Translations under genes and position numbers: made by a program
Shown: piece by piece, positions 12,672 to 26,304 of the stretch
How the letters are laid out: each line of letters opens with the position of its first letter
Numbering within the stretch: position 1 is the first letter of the stretch
Notes under the pieces: generated by a model
Databases searched by the model: none
Seen by the model: only the letters and a program-made list of their open reading frames with translations
What the model was told of the DNA's origin: nothing
Source of the DNA: Microthyrium microscopicum
Taxonomy: Eukaryota
Direction: 5' to 3'
DNA length: 64,000 nt
Assembly (NCBI GenBank): GCA_010405405.1
Contig: MU004239.1
Span: 930,001-994,000, forward strand

Positions 12672-14582
12672 CTAGTTATCATCTATTCGGGAGCATGAGC
12701 CAAATTTGAGAATCATCTTCCCCACTACAGCATATCCACCGAGTCCAGGTACCAGGAAAACGCCATAGATAGCGGCCAACACAAGCGTGACTGCGATGAA
12801 CGCGTATGCTGAACCGAACCAACTAAAATCATTAATACAAATTCTGCGTGATCTTCACGATGTCATTGTTGAATGTGGCGATTAAAACTATAGCCGAATG
12901 CCAAATAAAGAGCACTTCACCACAGTGGCAAACACAACAGCATTACCAACGATATCGCTCAAGGGAGTTCTTACTCTGAGTCTTTGAATATGTCTCCATA
13001 GCCATCCTGGAGACTTTCCGTCAGCGCTGGAGATATGAAACCACAAAGCATTCCCACCGCTAGCCACGACATTGTAAACCCTCTTTCAACACTAGTGCTT
13101 TCAGTTCCCTTGCTAAACTTTGAAAGTATGCCGAGAAGACCCACGGATAAGCAACCAAAAATAATTGGGGCTATGATTCGCAGCAGCCATCTGGATTTCT
13201 TCAAGGTTGAGGAAGAAGATATGTTTCTAGCACCGGGCTGTAGTTCCCAACTACTGGTAGGGCCATCATCAACCTTTTGTTTGGTTTTGAATCTTGGGCA
13301 ACTAGGGATCAAAACTGTCGGCTGAATCTTTTTGATCAAATCTTCCTTGTACATAACCATAGACTGGAGTGATTGAGCACTGCTCGCTCCATAATTTGGG
13401 TTCTTCAGGTGGAAATAAGGTGTCTGGCCTACAAGATGATTTTCGGTAATGTCTTCTACAATCCAAGGTCCCGGTTGCGTTTTGATCTTCACACGGTCGG
13501 CATTAGCATCCTGACCTGAAGTATCCGGACCAAGGTGGCCGGTGAAGCCCTTGAATATGCCACCTCGGCGTATCGCTTCTTCCTGGGAATTGTCAGTGCA
13601 TAGCGATCGAAATGGCGCCAGCTAATACTGGTAGATCAGCAAGGTCTTCCGAATTAGACATGCAAAAGGAAGATTTAGATTTAGGGTGAACTACACGATG
13701 ACTTACCATCATCTCCGACCGAACCATATACAAGGTCGGGTAATCGACAGCGACCAATTGAGCCAACAAGTTTAGTAAAGACATCAGGATATACTGAGAC
13801 GTACCTAGGTAGTTAGCATCGGGCTTTTCCGACCAATCTGTCGATGAGTTTGTGCTCTCTTTGGCCTGATGATTCTCACACGGCGTCAATACCATGTGAT
13901 ACTAAAGCAACATATTATCACATTTCAAAACCTGGGAGTGATACGAAGTTGGATCGGCAAACTCACCGGGATTACGGTCAAACCGAAAGCTGCATAACCA
14001 AATACTTGGACTTGATTACCCCTGGCACGGTAAAGAGTGATGCTTGCATAAACTGTTTGGACGATCGCGATTGCCGCTTTGGTAAAACTATATGAAGCGG
14101 ATACTTCAAACTTCATGGATTTGTCCGCTTGGAAGTTTATGACTGCATCACTAGGAACCTATAAGAAAATTAGCGCTGCTTATTTTAGCTGATTAGTGTT
14201 GTATATAGCGAGGGACAAAGCGCGAATCTCTTGGCAGATTGAAAAGATCAGACATTGGTAGGATGTCTATTTATATCATCAAAGATTAAGTGAGGTGACA
14301 AGAGAGGAAGATAATGCGAAGGAGAACTTACATAGGCAAATTCATAGCCCTTAGGCATGGTATAAACACCATGTATTTTGCAAACGCGTTCCTTGATACT
14401 AGTTTTGTTCTGCAAAGTACCAAAATCTCGAGTCCAAGGAGGATTTCGCACTTGGTAGACGAGTTTCTCGTCACTGAAATCAGATACAAGACCACCTTGG
14501 GCGGATGGTCTGTTGACTCGTTAGTATAAAAGTATTGAAATTAGTCAACTAGGCGAGATTTTGTTACATACGATTTGACCAT
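12672..14582 (-). CDS. Uncharacterised fungal multi-pass membrane protein, multi-exon; start uncertain
   Basis: Spliceable exons encode KIHGVYTMPKGYEFAY, YSFTKAAIAIVQTVYASITLYRARGNQVQVFGYAAFGLTVIP, YILMSLLNLLAQLVAVDYPTLYMVRSEMM, GFTMSWL and PGLGGYAVVGKMILKFGSC. Confidence 0.65.
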
Positions 14583-14754
14583 CGGCTGTGCTGTAGGCGC
14601 CTCCTATGACGGCTCATAACGGCCACCCTGGCCACTTCACCAAATTGGATAGTACTACTATAATTACATCACCAGTGCTTGAAACATCGACCTCAAAGGA
14701 TTCTTCAACAACTAAACTTCATTGACATACCAGGGCAGATAATCGATTTTCGCC

Positions 14755-15835
14755 ATGTCTACAGGATATTTCGGCGACAGAGAGACTCTCTATCTAGACA
14801 ACCTCTTCTGGGGGCTCATCACAAGCTCTCATATCTTGCACAAGCATGGCATCTTCGACGCATATGGGCACGTTTCGGTGCGAAACCCGGACAATCCATC
14901 AAACTTTTTTATTCCCATGAATATGGCTCCTGCCCTACTCTCCTCAGCCGATGAGATTATCGAATGCAAGGTCGAGGATGGCGAACCAGCAGAGAAGACA
15001 GACAAACCCCAGTTTAGCGAGAAATATATTCACAGGTTTGCCTTTCCTTCTCAGACGTTTCAGTTTTTCTAACTGCGTCAGCGAAATATACAAAAAGTTT
15101 CCCAGCGTCAACGCTGTCGTACACAGTCACTGCAGTGATGTGTTACCGTATTGCATCACCGATGTACCCTTAAAGGCGCCAATTCATACGACTGGTTTCT
15201 TGGGTACGGACTTGCAAAGCTTCGAAATGCAGTAAATCTAATTCATGAAAATAGGACCAGAGGAAGTACCAGTCTGGGATATTGCTAGTGTTTATTCAAG
15301 CAGCGACAAGCGACACGATCTCCTGGTTCGCAACACCACCCATGGACATGCTCTAGCTGCTGCTTTCAAGCCATCGACAAGCGGTGCATTCATCTACTCC
15401 AAGATGCGCTCTGCCTTACCGACCCAATTAGGAGGGTCGACTGCGACCGAGCCAGTGAACGTGCCAAATCACCCCGTTGTGTTGATGCGTGGTCACGGCT
15501 TCACCACATGCGCTGACGGGCTGGAGGCGGTAGTATATCAAGCGATCTATACGCGTGAAGCAGCCAAGGTTACGACGACTGCTTTGTCGAACAGCCAGGC
15601 TTGGAGCCAGAAGGCTTTGGTCGGCCAGATCGACGTTCAAGGTGCGGGCAAAATCAAGGATGCCAAATTGAAGGACGAAGGAAAGGGTCTGCACTTGTTG
15701 AGTGCAAGAGAAGTAGATGATACACTGCACTTCATCAGAGACACCAAGATGAGACCATGGGGTTTGTGGCTACGAGAGGTCGAGGTTGATCCTATGTATC
15801 AGAATAACGCCAAGAGGGAGGATAGCAAACTCTAG
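14755..15835 (+). CDS. Class II aldolase/adducin family protein
   Basis: Motifs HILHKHGIFDAYGHVSVRNP, SEKYIH-SEIYK, AVVHSH and VVLMRGHGFT. Two short introns (~15036-15081, ~15204-15255). Confidence 0.9.
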
Positions 15836-16078
15836 ATAGCCGTTGTGTGCCCATTCAATATCCTGTATTCTATTTCGATCATTCCAAAACCTGTTCTCTG
15901 GCGTCTCTTTGTTATCTGATTTGAGTGCACTAGATTTTTCCATAGCTTCAGCAGAGCTTTGCTTTGAGAACCATGCCATTTGTGATCAAATATCAATTGA
16001 AGAAGGATCTAGCTGAACACTTGCTATCGAGGTGTGCTGACGGCACACTCTTTCAGATTAAGCCAAGACCCGTCTAGC

Positions 16079-19034
16079 TCACGATGCGTCCTTTGGATCA
16101 GCGCTTATCTTCAGTAAATCGCCACTCTCTCCATAGCCCAGCGAGTCGACAGGCACCGATCTGCCATTACCAGCCATGATTCTTTTCCTTCCATGTGTGT
16201 CTGCCCACTCTTTCGTACTAGACTTGGATGTGGAGAGGCTGTCTGATCCACTCGTCGCGGCAGCTCGCTCTGTCATAATTCTACCAGCAGAAGTGGCATT
16301 GAGATAACGCTTCATCTTGGCTGGACCGGTTTGTCTGAATATGATTGCGAAGCAGCTAAGTGCCAGAGATGTGGCGAGCAATACAAGAGTGATGATTGCT
16401 GGGATGGCATAAACCATATGGTATTTGATCCTGTTGCGATACTGAGTGACTGGAACTTGGATGGGATTGCCTGTGGAATCTCTCTTGGATTTGGAGCCGG
16501 CAGATGACGGAGCAAGAGACTTGGTCCCTACCACCGCATTTGCCAGCAAGTCCGTGGCTATCAGGTCCAAGATTTTGCCTGTGGTTTCTGCCTTGGAACT
16601 TAAGTTCTGCCAGCGCCGGAACATGGCCAGATTGGTGCTGCCGCTGTAGTCTATCATCACTGTGCCTGTAGAGCCAAGATTGTTTTGTGCAGCAGCTATC
16701 GAGTCTACAGGTATATCAATAGCAGGCAGGTTCTGGTAGGAGGTTGCTCCAAGTGATCCTAGTCCTCCATCGCCAGGTAGCCACAGGTGGTTCGCTCGTA
16801 AAGTTGTCAGATTCACATCTCCTTTAGCGGCCTCGGGCGAGACAATGCCCCAAAGTGGTTGTATATCTGCTATTGGCGATTCAGTGTATTCGACGCCCCA
16901 TAGTGGTTTATCTTCCTCTTTGGCGTAGGTCTTTGGCTCTATGTGTGTGACGCTTAGTCCCGAAAGATCATCGGTGGCATTAAAGTTAAATGTAACAGTC
17001 TTGATGATCGCTCTTGACGCACTAATACACTATCTCCGAGTTAGCATGATTCAGGCCAAGCAATGAGAAATAAAAAAACGTACAGAATACATGGGAATAG
17101 TCCAGTCACTGCCTGGATAAGCCATCAGGTCATCTACACCATCTTTCCGGCGTGGCATTGCTAGTATGAGGCTACACACAGCCGCAAAATTTGTGATGTT
17201 TGCAAAATCTTGTCCCCCAGCACCTTCGCAAAGCAAGCCTGAACAATGCTGTTAGTACAAATTGGAAGATAAGCCCACGAATCCAGATTGGAACTACGTA
17301 CTGACATCACTCCAGTCATCGGAAGTGACATTGGCGGGATTTGGATAAAGGGCTGGCTCGCCGGAAACTGTGGTGTTTGAATATGTCAAGTTCGTTGGTG
17401 CAACGGGCTGTTCCAGGAAATCGAGATAGTAGCCATAGCTACTTGATGACATTTTGTGTGGCGTTATCGTCATGAACGTGCTGGTAGGTCTACCGTCGGA
17501 ATAAACAAATGGAAACTCTTTGCCCATGGTAGAGTTCAAATATTTGAACGCATGTGGCGAGTTTGGGTCGTCAGGATTATGTAGATTGGTTACATTCATG
17601 AATCCTAACAGAAAATTAGTTTGGATCGGCAATAAAAGAGCCCAAAGAAGGGAAATTCCTGCTGATATGCTTGAAAGCAAAGACGAAGCATTGATGGGTA
17701 ATAAGGATGTAAGAGATGAGACTTTCGAAGATAGGAACTTACCCATAGACCACATATTATTCAGAAATGCGCCTTTGTACGCTCTGGTCCAAAAATCTGG
17801 ATTTTTCTGTGTATCATTGCGATCATATTCGGGGTAATGGTCCTTGTCAAAATTGACAAACCCCCCATGATCAACAAGTCGGAGGTTCATATAATCTGAG
17901 CCAAACTGGGTGCCCGGGCCATTATTGGTTGGAACTGTGAAGTCAAGTGTGAGATTAGTATCAACACAAGTGCTCACTGGCTCAATGAACAAGATGTCTT
18001 CTTTCCAGCTGCTCCCATAGGCTGTGACCGGAGGAGCAGTATGGTTTCGAAAACCAACTCCGCCATTAACAGTATCGACGATGAGTCCTTCAATCACTTC
18101 AAGTCTGTCATTGAGAGCCAGGCTGCTTATGGTCCGAAAGGCACCGACTGCATAGGTCGGCAGATTGTATGCGTTGGTGTTGTTGAATGTCATGTTGACA
18201 TTTTCCAGAGCCCATGCGGTCGAGCGCCATTGTATATCAAATGGACCTGAAACAGAATCGCCAAGAGCTCCGACACCGCTCTGGAAAAGATCTACTGTCT
18301 TTTGGGGAACATAAGTGTCGTAATTGCCATTAACGTCATAATAGCCACCTGTTGCGTTCCTGAAGGTTGTGATATTGGTATCAGAATGTGGGCATGCTGC
18401 CGGGTCGAAAGCGCCACAGATCCGGCTCCAGCCTACTGAGCTGTTACGGGGCTGGGTCCCCGCGCCGAAAAAACTTTTATCGGCGATGTAATGGAAGGTT
18501 TGTAGAGTTGTATGACTGTCGGCAACGACTTGCTCGTAAAGACCTAAAGGGGTCACAATCGCGGTAATTGCGATAAGTATTGTTGTGAACAGACTGATCC
18601 ATTTTGATATGTTCACAGAAGTCATCACTCCTGATGAAGCAGCAGAATCCGTTTGTAAGATCGTCGGCCATAGCGAGGAGTGGAGTTGTTTTCCTATCAC
18701 GGACCTGATGCTGGTTCAGTATTCTTGTGGTCAACTGAAGAGAAACTCGTAGCTTGCTGAAGGTCTTCAACCGGCTAAAGATCAAGCATATCTGGTACTT
18801 ACCACGAAACTGCACTGGTAGTAAAGGTTTGATCTCGCTCACGCAGCGATCCAACGAGTAGGAGAGCAAATATGTTTGGGATTAGGAACTTGACTGAGAG
18901 GAGCGTCAACAAGTTATAGAATGTGACAGTGCTTTCTAGCATTGCTTACCGATAACTATTGCAGCTGCAATTATACCCGAGACTTGACCAACAGTCAAGC
19001 CTGTGGTATGAAGCATGTCAGTGACCACAGCCAT
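16079..19034 (-). CDS. Large uncharacterised fungal membrane glycoprotein, multi-exon
   Basis: Start MAVVTDMLHTTGLTVGQVSGIIAAAIVI. Long exons (468- and 245-aa ORFs) carry TM segments (IAITAIVTPLGL; YAIPAIITLVLL), many N-x-S/T sites and the motif GGVGFRNHTAP...WKEDILFIEPVSTCVDTNLTLDF. Confidence 0.75.
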
Positions 19035-19709
19035 TGTAGTGAATCTTGCAATAGCAACCAGATTCAAGCAACCATCTCCAATGACAGAAAGAGATCAAGA
19101 AGAAAAGGACAAAATCAGACAAGCCTCGGGAGGCTCAATCTTCGATGCAAGAATTCAGGAGTTTAGTATTGATCAGCATGTTTGCCGGTTGACAGACAAT
19201 TCCATACTCCCCCCTTAAAAAGACAATGCCGTATTTTTCGCTTGGCAAGGCACATCAAGCTCTGAAAATCGCCTTTTGACTCACGAGAGGAAATTGAACC
19301 TTTTGGTCGTGTCGCTTTCCCCTGTCTTCACAACGTTTCATGCGTTGATAGCGCATGTGGCGTTCAGCCTTACCTATCATTCACAGATGATCCTCGCGAT
19401 ATCAATGAATTGGCTTGTTCCCTGTGCATGCAGCTAAGCCACTCCATGGGAGACAGAACGGACCAAGCCAGTTTCCAGTCGATTGACATTGGACAACAGC
19501 TCAAAGCGAATGCCTTTTATAGCAAGGTTGCCGGTAATGATTAGACACATGATATGGCAACAAGAGAACAAGTGATCGGCCATGTGGCTGTTCTGCATCA
19601 AAGCGGACTGTATGAAGGCGTTGACGGTTGGATACGAGCTTGGCCTTGGCCTTTTCGGTCCATTCGTGATGGGAATTTGCCGCGTCGAAGTTTGGCCTTG
19701 CTCGCCCTA

Positions 19710-19856
19710 CCGTTTTCACCCTTTGAGTTCGAACACGGTAGCGCGGTTTTTTAGGCGAGGTTTGTCCGTGAGCTATAGCGAGTCACTGCCTAAGTTCGAT
19801 GCGCCACCAGCAAGGAAAACCGCGCTACCGTGTTCGAACTCAAAGGGTAAAAACGG
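19710..19856. mobile_element. MITE copy 1 (147 bp, 41-bp TIRs, flanked by TA)
   Basis: CCGTTTTCACCCTTTGAGTTCGAACACGGTAGCGCGGTTTT and its near-perfect inverse (1 mismatch). TA at 19708-09 and 19857-58. Homologous to copies at 60498 and 61407. Confidence 0.88.
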
Positions 19857-20775
19857 TATCATCACGAAGTTTGCGTATCCTCAAAGTTCGACATGAACAA
19901 TTGTAGGAAAGCCTAGGCTAGACCTGCGGCTACTGCCGGGGCGATATCTAAACTTAGTACTGCTGGCATTTGAAGTCTGGGCACTGTGTGGTTGAGGAGA
20001 AGGGTATGAATACTCAAATGTCTGCCTCCGCCAGTTTTCTCCAAAATCAACGCAGATCGAGTAGTAGTAGTGAGGCTGGAACAAAGCCCGCATTCTTCCT
20101 TCAGATAATTTGCTTCGTTATTGGTATGCTTTGTAGAAGATGAAACCTGCCTTTAACAGTGGTAATGTCGGACTGACTGGCAATGTCAGGCTGGATAGCT
20201 ATGCGAGTCGCTCTGAATGGCGTTGCTATTGATATCGCGTATCATATTCATGCATCAAGCAGCGAAAACAGGCATAAGCGAGAGGCCGTTGAAGCTCATG
20301 CACCTTGCTCGTGGCCGCCGTTGAATTTCCCATCGCCCTTGCCAGGAGGCCTACCTTTTACATTCGTTTAGTAGTTTAAGAACCCTCTCAATCGCCGAGT
20401 GTTCGCATTGTAAGGTCTGGTGTTCGGTCGTTGTTGGTCAAGCCGACCAATCTTTCAGGATCGAGCTCGAGATACATAGGGGTGATTATGGTAGCTCCTT
20501 CGAATAACTGCGCGATTCCAGGCCTATATACCATAATCAAAGAATATTATCGACTTGAAAGTCAAAATGATCAAATACATCTATTTAGGATCGACGGCAG
20601 GGAGTTGGGAACTTGTGGGACCGTGAGGTTGGAGTTGGCCCTTTTGGCAAAACGCGTCCAACTTCACGTCACCACTTTTGCAGCAATCCATTGTCCATCT
20701 CTCCAATGTCCTCCACCACCATATCATATGCCTCTAACAATGTCCTGATCGGAACCCTATCCCAATTGAGCATCA

Positions 20776-21637
20776 ATGGATGGTGCGGAGCAGCTTGTAT
20801 CTGGGGATGACGGCGAATCCAGCCTGCCGCAAGGCACTGGCAACTTTGTCCTTGGACTTCTTCGTTTGCTCTGGCCGGCGATCGCGTATCCAACATATTG
20901 GCTTTGGCGACTGGTTGTAATCATTGTACAACCAGTCAAATACATGTTGCAGTTGCTAGCGATACCGTTCATTCTGCTGAAGCGAGCGATCTTTGCGCTG
21001 GTTTTGATGCCTTTCAGGCTCATCATGAAGTTTGAGGTACGTTCTTATAGTCTGTGGATCACATTGCGTTGTGAATTGACGCTGTCCTTCATTGTACCAA
21101 CAAATATCTCTTTTAGCTTATCCAATTCAATCGTATCTCCTTCCCCTCTATCCATTCCCCTAAGCTAGGAATCGGACCAGCCCATACGTCCCTCACCCAC
21201 CAGGCTCAGCACATCCTCTCTCGCCCAAGCTAACAAACCTATCCTAGGCAATCCTGACCTTCATATTCGTTGCCATCCTCATCGGCGGAGCCGCCGGCCT
21301 CATCCTATACTTCACGTCTAGCCTCACAGACCAGCTCCTTGGTCTCCAGCCGCCAGCGAAACCTTCGAAAACCTCACACTCGCCTCTTGAGAAAGATGGC
21401 TTACCCAGGAGCGTAGCAGAGTACCGCAAGTCGCGCCAGCGAAAGAAGAAACAGCAGGATAAACAGGTACAAAGTCCTAGAGAAGAACGCATGTTTCGGG
21501 ACATGATGGCTAGTGCTTCCGGCACAGATGTCAGGCAGTCCAATAGTGCGTGGGACTCAGCGGGGTTTTCTGGCCGGTTGCCACTGTCGACACAGACGAT
21601 ACTGGAAGAGGATGATTCGAGCAGTAGTGCTAGTTGA
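20776..21637 (+). CDS. Hypothetical membrane protein
   Basis: Hydrophobic exon 1, intron 21037-21247 (GTACGT...CTAAC...TAG), then exon 2 AILTFIFVAILIGGAAGLILYF...TILEEDDSSSSAS*. Confidence 0.7.
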
Positions 21638-22142
21638 GTCGTGTGGACTTACAGTACGGCGGCAAAACAGGAACCTAGGAGGCCATATTTCTAATGACGA
21701 GATGCAAACCTAACAAAGCACCGCCTGATATATCAGAATCAATACCAATGCTGGCCGATTTGCTTGAAGGAAATTATGTATAGCGAGCATCTCTGGGCTG
21801 TGAGGAAATGAAGCCATGCTTTCTCAATACTCCTGAACTGGTGACGCGCAGCGCAAATAGCCGATCAGGCCCTCCAGATTCACACTGGAAACGCGCACAT
21901 CAAAACAAAGAAAAGGCCTTCAGTGGACAACTGGACACAAGTTCATCCATGGAAATGGTATATAATTCTATTGTTCTTTGAGCTCTGAACCAAGAAGATG
22001 GACCTCCAGGCCATAATAGTACATCCGCTTAGTACCTCCGCCTAGAGCTTCGTATCGGATGATTCTAACTACCACACCGCGTATTGTACACAGTCCATTC
22101 CTCATTGGATTCTCCAACCATTCATGGTGACAGCAGTCTGGC

Positions 22143-23858
22143 TCACACACTTGAGGGGCCATAGGCTTCGCAGTCGAATGGTTCAATCATCATCGGTGCG
22201 AAAGAATTATTTGCAAAAGTCAAATCGCTAGACGTAGTCGCTGAACTCAACCGCTTTGAATTGGCGGTAGGCCTTGCTTCTTCGATTAAAGAATTGCCAG
22301 AACGTGCGTTTATGACACTGCTCGGATTATCACTCTCCTCACTCTTCTCCCGCTCCTCGCGCTTTTCTCGTATGAATTGCTGCATGACACTTTCGCGTCT
22401 GGACTGCTGGTTCTTTTCAAGGCTACGGAGCAAGCTGGACCGGCGCGAGTTGCGCTTCAATTGGTCGCTATACCGACGCTGCTGCTGAGTGAGTGCAGTC
22501 AATGGGATGTCGTCTGTGAGATGCGATGGGGTCTCATGGCTTTCACGAGCGTCCTCAATGATTGCGTCAATTCTCTCTGGGTAGTGCCCAGCGCCTGCAC
22601 TGGGGGAGTTGTACGTTTGACCACTGAAGTGTGGGCTGCGAGGGCTGTTGAAATGTTGGTGGCGAGGACTGTTGAAGTGCTGGCTATGAGGACTTCTGAG
22701 ACTTTGATCGCGGCTGGACGTTCGTATGGTGAGTAGGTTTTCATTCCGTTTTGTGGCTTTGTCTGCTGGGTTGTTGCTGAATATATGGACCACAATCACA
22801 TTGACAAACACTGACATCTTAATTAGTCGTTACCAAAGCGAAGGCATCGTGAAACTAACCGTCAATATGGCACATCAAGTAGAATAACCAACTTTGCTCT
22901 CGGCCATGCAAAAGTACGAGAACAAGGAAGTTGATGAGGGTGGGAATAATGGTCAGAAAGACTGTTAGACCAAGTTTGAGCAAGAGGAGCTCTGTGTTAC
23001 CAGCGGTTCGTCCATTTAGTGGTGTCTGTTTCGTTAGCTCTTATACATAGACGAAATGGGCATTCTTACCAAGTAGACTGGGCAGGAAGTGGCCACGTCG
23101 GCGCTATATAACTGCCGCGATGGGCGTTGCGCTCTTCTGGGAAGAAGGCGGAATATCCAATTTCGGAACTTGTAATGCCATTTTGCGACATCGTTCAGGA
23201 CTGGATAATGGCCGATGGTGCAAGCGCCCATGGCGAAGAAGACGGTGACCAAGAGAAAAGAGAAGGCGAAGAACCAGAAGAAGACATGGTAGATGAGAAA
23301 GATGGGTTGGATGATTTGGCAGGTGTTGGCGCTGCCAAATTCACCATCTCCTCGAGTGATACCGGCATGAACAATCGCTCCAATCGTGCCGACCAATGCG
23401 GCAATGGAATAGCCGCCCCAGATGTAATCAATCCGGAAGCGCTGGACGACGGGACAGCTGCCCTTGGAGCATCTACGACAGGCACGCAATGCATGCAACG
23501 ACTCTATAAAGTACCAAAAGACGAGGCACTTACTCACAATGAGCATGAGCGTGGAAAAAACTGCCCCAACGCTACACGCCATTGCGGCACCGCAGTCCTT
23601 CAAGTGCTCCAAGAGCAAGTCGCCGCCGATGGTCGAGATGGCGCAGAAGATACTGGCCAAGAAGAGGAGAGGAGGGCGTCGGCGATGGCCTTTTTGACCG
23701 AGAACGTTCAGTCGGGTACCAAACAAGACACACAAAAAGCCCGCAGCGAGACAGGAGGTCACATAGAAGACCAGAGATTTGCCAAAATCGGCTGTTGGCA
23801 TTGGCGTTGCCTCGAGATGAGGCGCGCCCGGGTGTCTGCTTGTTGGGGCCATTTTCAT
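22143..23858 (-). CDS. Multi-TM (GPCR-like, ~7TM) protein with long polar C-terminal tail
   Basis: Successive hydrophobic segments in the 320-aa ORF, further TM exons at ~23000-22800, and a Ser/Arg/Gln-rich tail with FNSPR repeats. The receptor function is inferred. Confidence 0.65.
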
Positions 23859-24806
23859 GTGGTTGTGTGGAAAGGAGAATAGAAGAATTTTGTGGGCGTG
23901 ATAGCTTTGGTGGTGAGTGGGCAGCCAGTCAACTGGGAAAGGCAGTAACGACCACCACCTCGACTGGGAGAAACGCTCCTTCCTCCCCAAGCCCAAGAAT
24001 CCATATTGGAAATGGGGTTCCCATAAAGTTCTTCGCCTGAAGACCGTGATGATAGTTTATATCGAGCGCGCTGGCATGATTAAGAGTTTCTATCGCCCAA
24101 GGCATACTCCTTTAGACAGTTGATGACATGGAATAGATATCAAATCAGTCATCATGATCGTTTGTCTTGAAATCGAAGAACGGAGATGGATGGTTACACG
24201 CGCGGCTTTCCTGACAATGCTACTGACATTTACAAACGCCTTCTGGAGATATATTATATCGGCGACATCGACACTGTAGCATAGATCTGGGATAATAAAC
24301 TGGGCCACGCCGTTTGCTGAAGATGGAGCTAGACGTTTCTGGGCGGAAAACACTGCCATTTTGTACTGTTCATAGCCACGACATAATCCTCATTCCACAT
24401 TTCCCACATACACCTCGCCATCTCTTTCCTATCACAATTGTCTGTTGGCCTGATTTGTCTTCGGAAGCAGTTCCGATGAGAATGATCACAGAACCACAGA
24501 CACAAGCATCTGAATAACATATGACAAAAAATTGTATATCAAATCACTGCCTCACTGCCCATCGACATCTTCTATTCTTCCAAATCGACATCTCTGTAAC
24601 TCCTATAAATCTCCAGGCTTCCTCCTCCAAAGATGCAACAGTTCAGAACTTCGGCACTCTGTTCTTCCATCTCACGGACTCAATCATCCACCAACCTCCC
24701 CCCATATTAGCCACGATCTACCACGATCTCCACCACAGCCTTCTTCACTCACAAGCAGGCTCGACAAGCATCATACTCCAACTACAAATAACGCCATCGA
24801 ACAGCC

Positions 24807-25040
24807 ATGTGTCGCCAGAAATATTTTGAGTGCACACAATGCAAGAACCTGACTCCAGCTTTCCAAAACAACCTGTTCTGTCCCGATTTATGGACTGGCT
24901 TATGTACAGGCTGGTACCGCAAAACGATCAAGATAAGCCCGGCACAATGCCATTTCTGTGCCAGCGCCCCTAGCTTCTGGGGTGCACCTGAGCGCAACAC
25001 TTGGATATACCATCCATATAGAATGGGTGGTTGGAGTTGA
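24807..25040 (+). CDS. Small Cys-rich, putative zinc-binding protein (77 aa)
   Basis: ATG start in GCCATG context, MCxxxYxxCxxC...C...C...CxxC, no signal peptide. A TATAAA lies upstream at ~24604. Confidence 0.5.
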   Translation: MCRQKYFECTQCKNLTPAFQNNLFCPDLWTGLCTGWYRKTIKISPAQCHFCASAPSFWGAPERNTWIYHPYRMGGWS

Positions 25041-26304
25041 TGATTCGAAGGAAAGTATGGAGAGCGCTGTGCTCGGTCTATTATTTGGCAACGGCGCGGC
25101 TCGTCTTTGCAGTAAAAGGTTTTCCCAGCAAATCAACTTGGGGAGGAATATCAGCATCTAGGTTAGACATGAGTGCAAGCATGACATCTGTGAAGTCCGA
25201 GTAAGATTAGCGTTACGGTCAGGTCCAAACACCTACATCAGGTCAATCAAGCGCTTCAGCAAGCCTTCGGACGATCGAGGTTGAGGCATCAAGCCTCAGT
25301 ATGTCCATCCTGTAGAAAGCAATAAAATGACAGCACTTCACATTTAGTCTTATGATCGCTGATGGCTGAACCACTCAACGGATTTTATTGCTAACTACTC
25401 CAAACAGCCTTTGGTGGTGCCAGGTTAGGCACTTACTATCAGCCAGATGGGACTTGGAGCTGGGCTCAACATCAGAGCCAGTTGATATCATTCAGGTTGC
25501 TTGTAATGTCGATGCCCAATCTGATAGCTAACTTGTTGACGGCCTGTTGTTCATGCCTCCAGCTCCATGTGCCAGTGATTAGCAAGGCTTCCACAGGGCA
25601 AGCACGCAGCCCATGTCCCCAAGCAATACCACGCCTAGCTTCTCCACAGCCGCAACTGTAGTAGAAGTATTATATCGGACTGCGATAGGAACAAGGCCAT
25701 TCAGGATGCAGAGTATGGTCTCGTCTGCACTTCACCAGACCGTAGCATTCGTCCGTCTGGTGGAGTGGTTAAATCAAACTGAAGACACTGAGCGCTGCCC
25801 AGATGAATTAAAAATACCAAAGAAGCTGCTTCAGGACAGAAGTAGCAAGGAAAAGCTCAACAATCATCCAGCCAAACATAGAACTTCATAGGGATTGACC
25901 GGTCATATAGCCAACGCTTGCGGCCAGCACCCACGCCTGAGCTCAAAGGTCTCGCAAACCGCAGTTTCTGTACCGGGAATCCTTTCAAGATTCAGTTACG
26001 AACAGCAAATACATCTACGTATCACGCATTGAGAGCGCTACACCAAGCAAACTTTGCTCATAGCAAAATCAAACGAGAACAACTCCGCCTTTTCGCCTAC
26101 TAGATCAGGAAGCAAACTTCCCTCGCGCTCTCCAATGACCAGATATATCAATACCAGTGCATTCGCACATCTCCACGGCTTGAAGTCAAATGTCTTTAAT
26201 CTCCCACCTCCCCTTCAGACCAAGTCCATCAATCTAAATCTCTCTAAAAGCCTCACCGACTTACCCTCCACCACCACACATACCAATCCCCCAATCTCCC
26301 TATC

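Noticed and set aside
19737..19810. tRNA/SINE-like look of the MITE (TAGCGCGG..., GTTCGA, ...CCACCA)
   Set aside because: I could not build a cloverleaf, an internal T6 run would stop Pol III, and TIRs plus TA flanks explain the element better.
23127..23882. 251-aa acidic ORF on the + strand
   Set aside because: Antisense shadow of the hydrophobic membrane-protein exon, with a non-ATG start and no domain.
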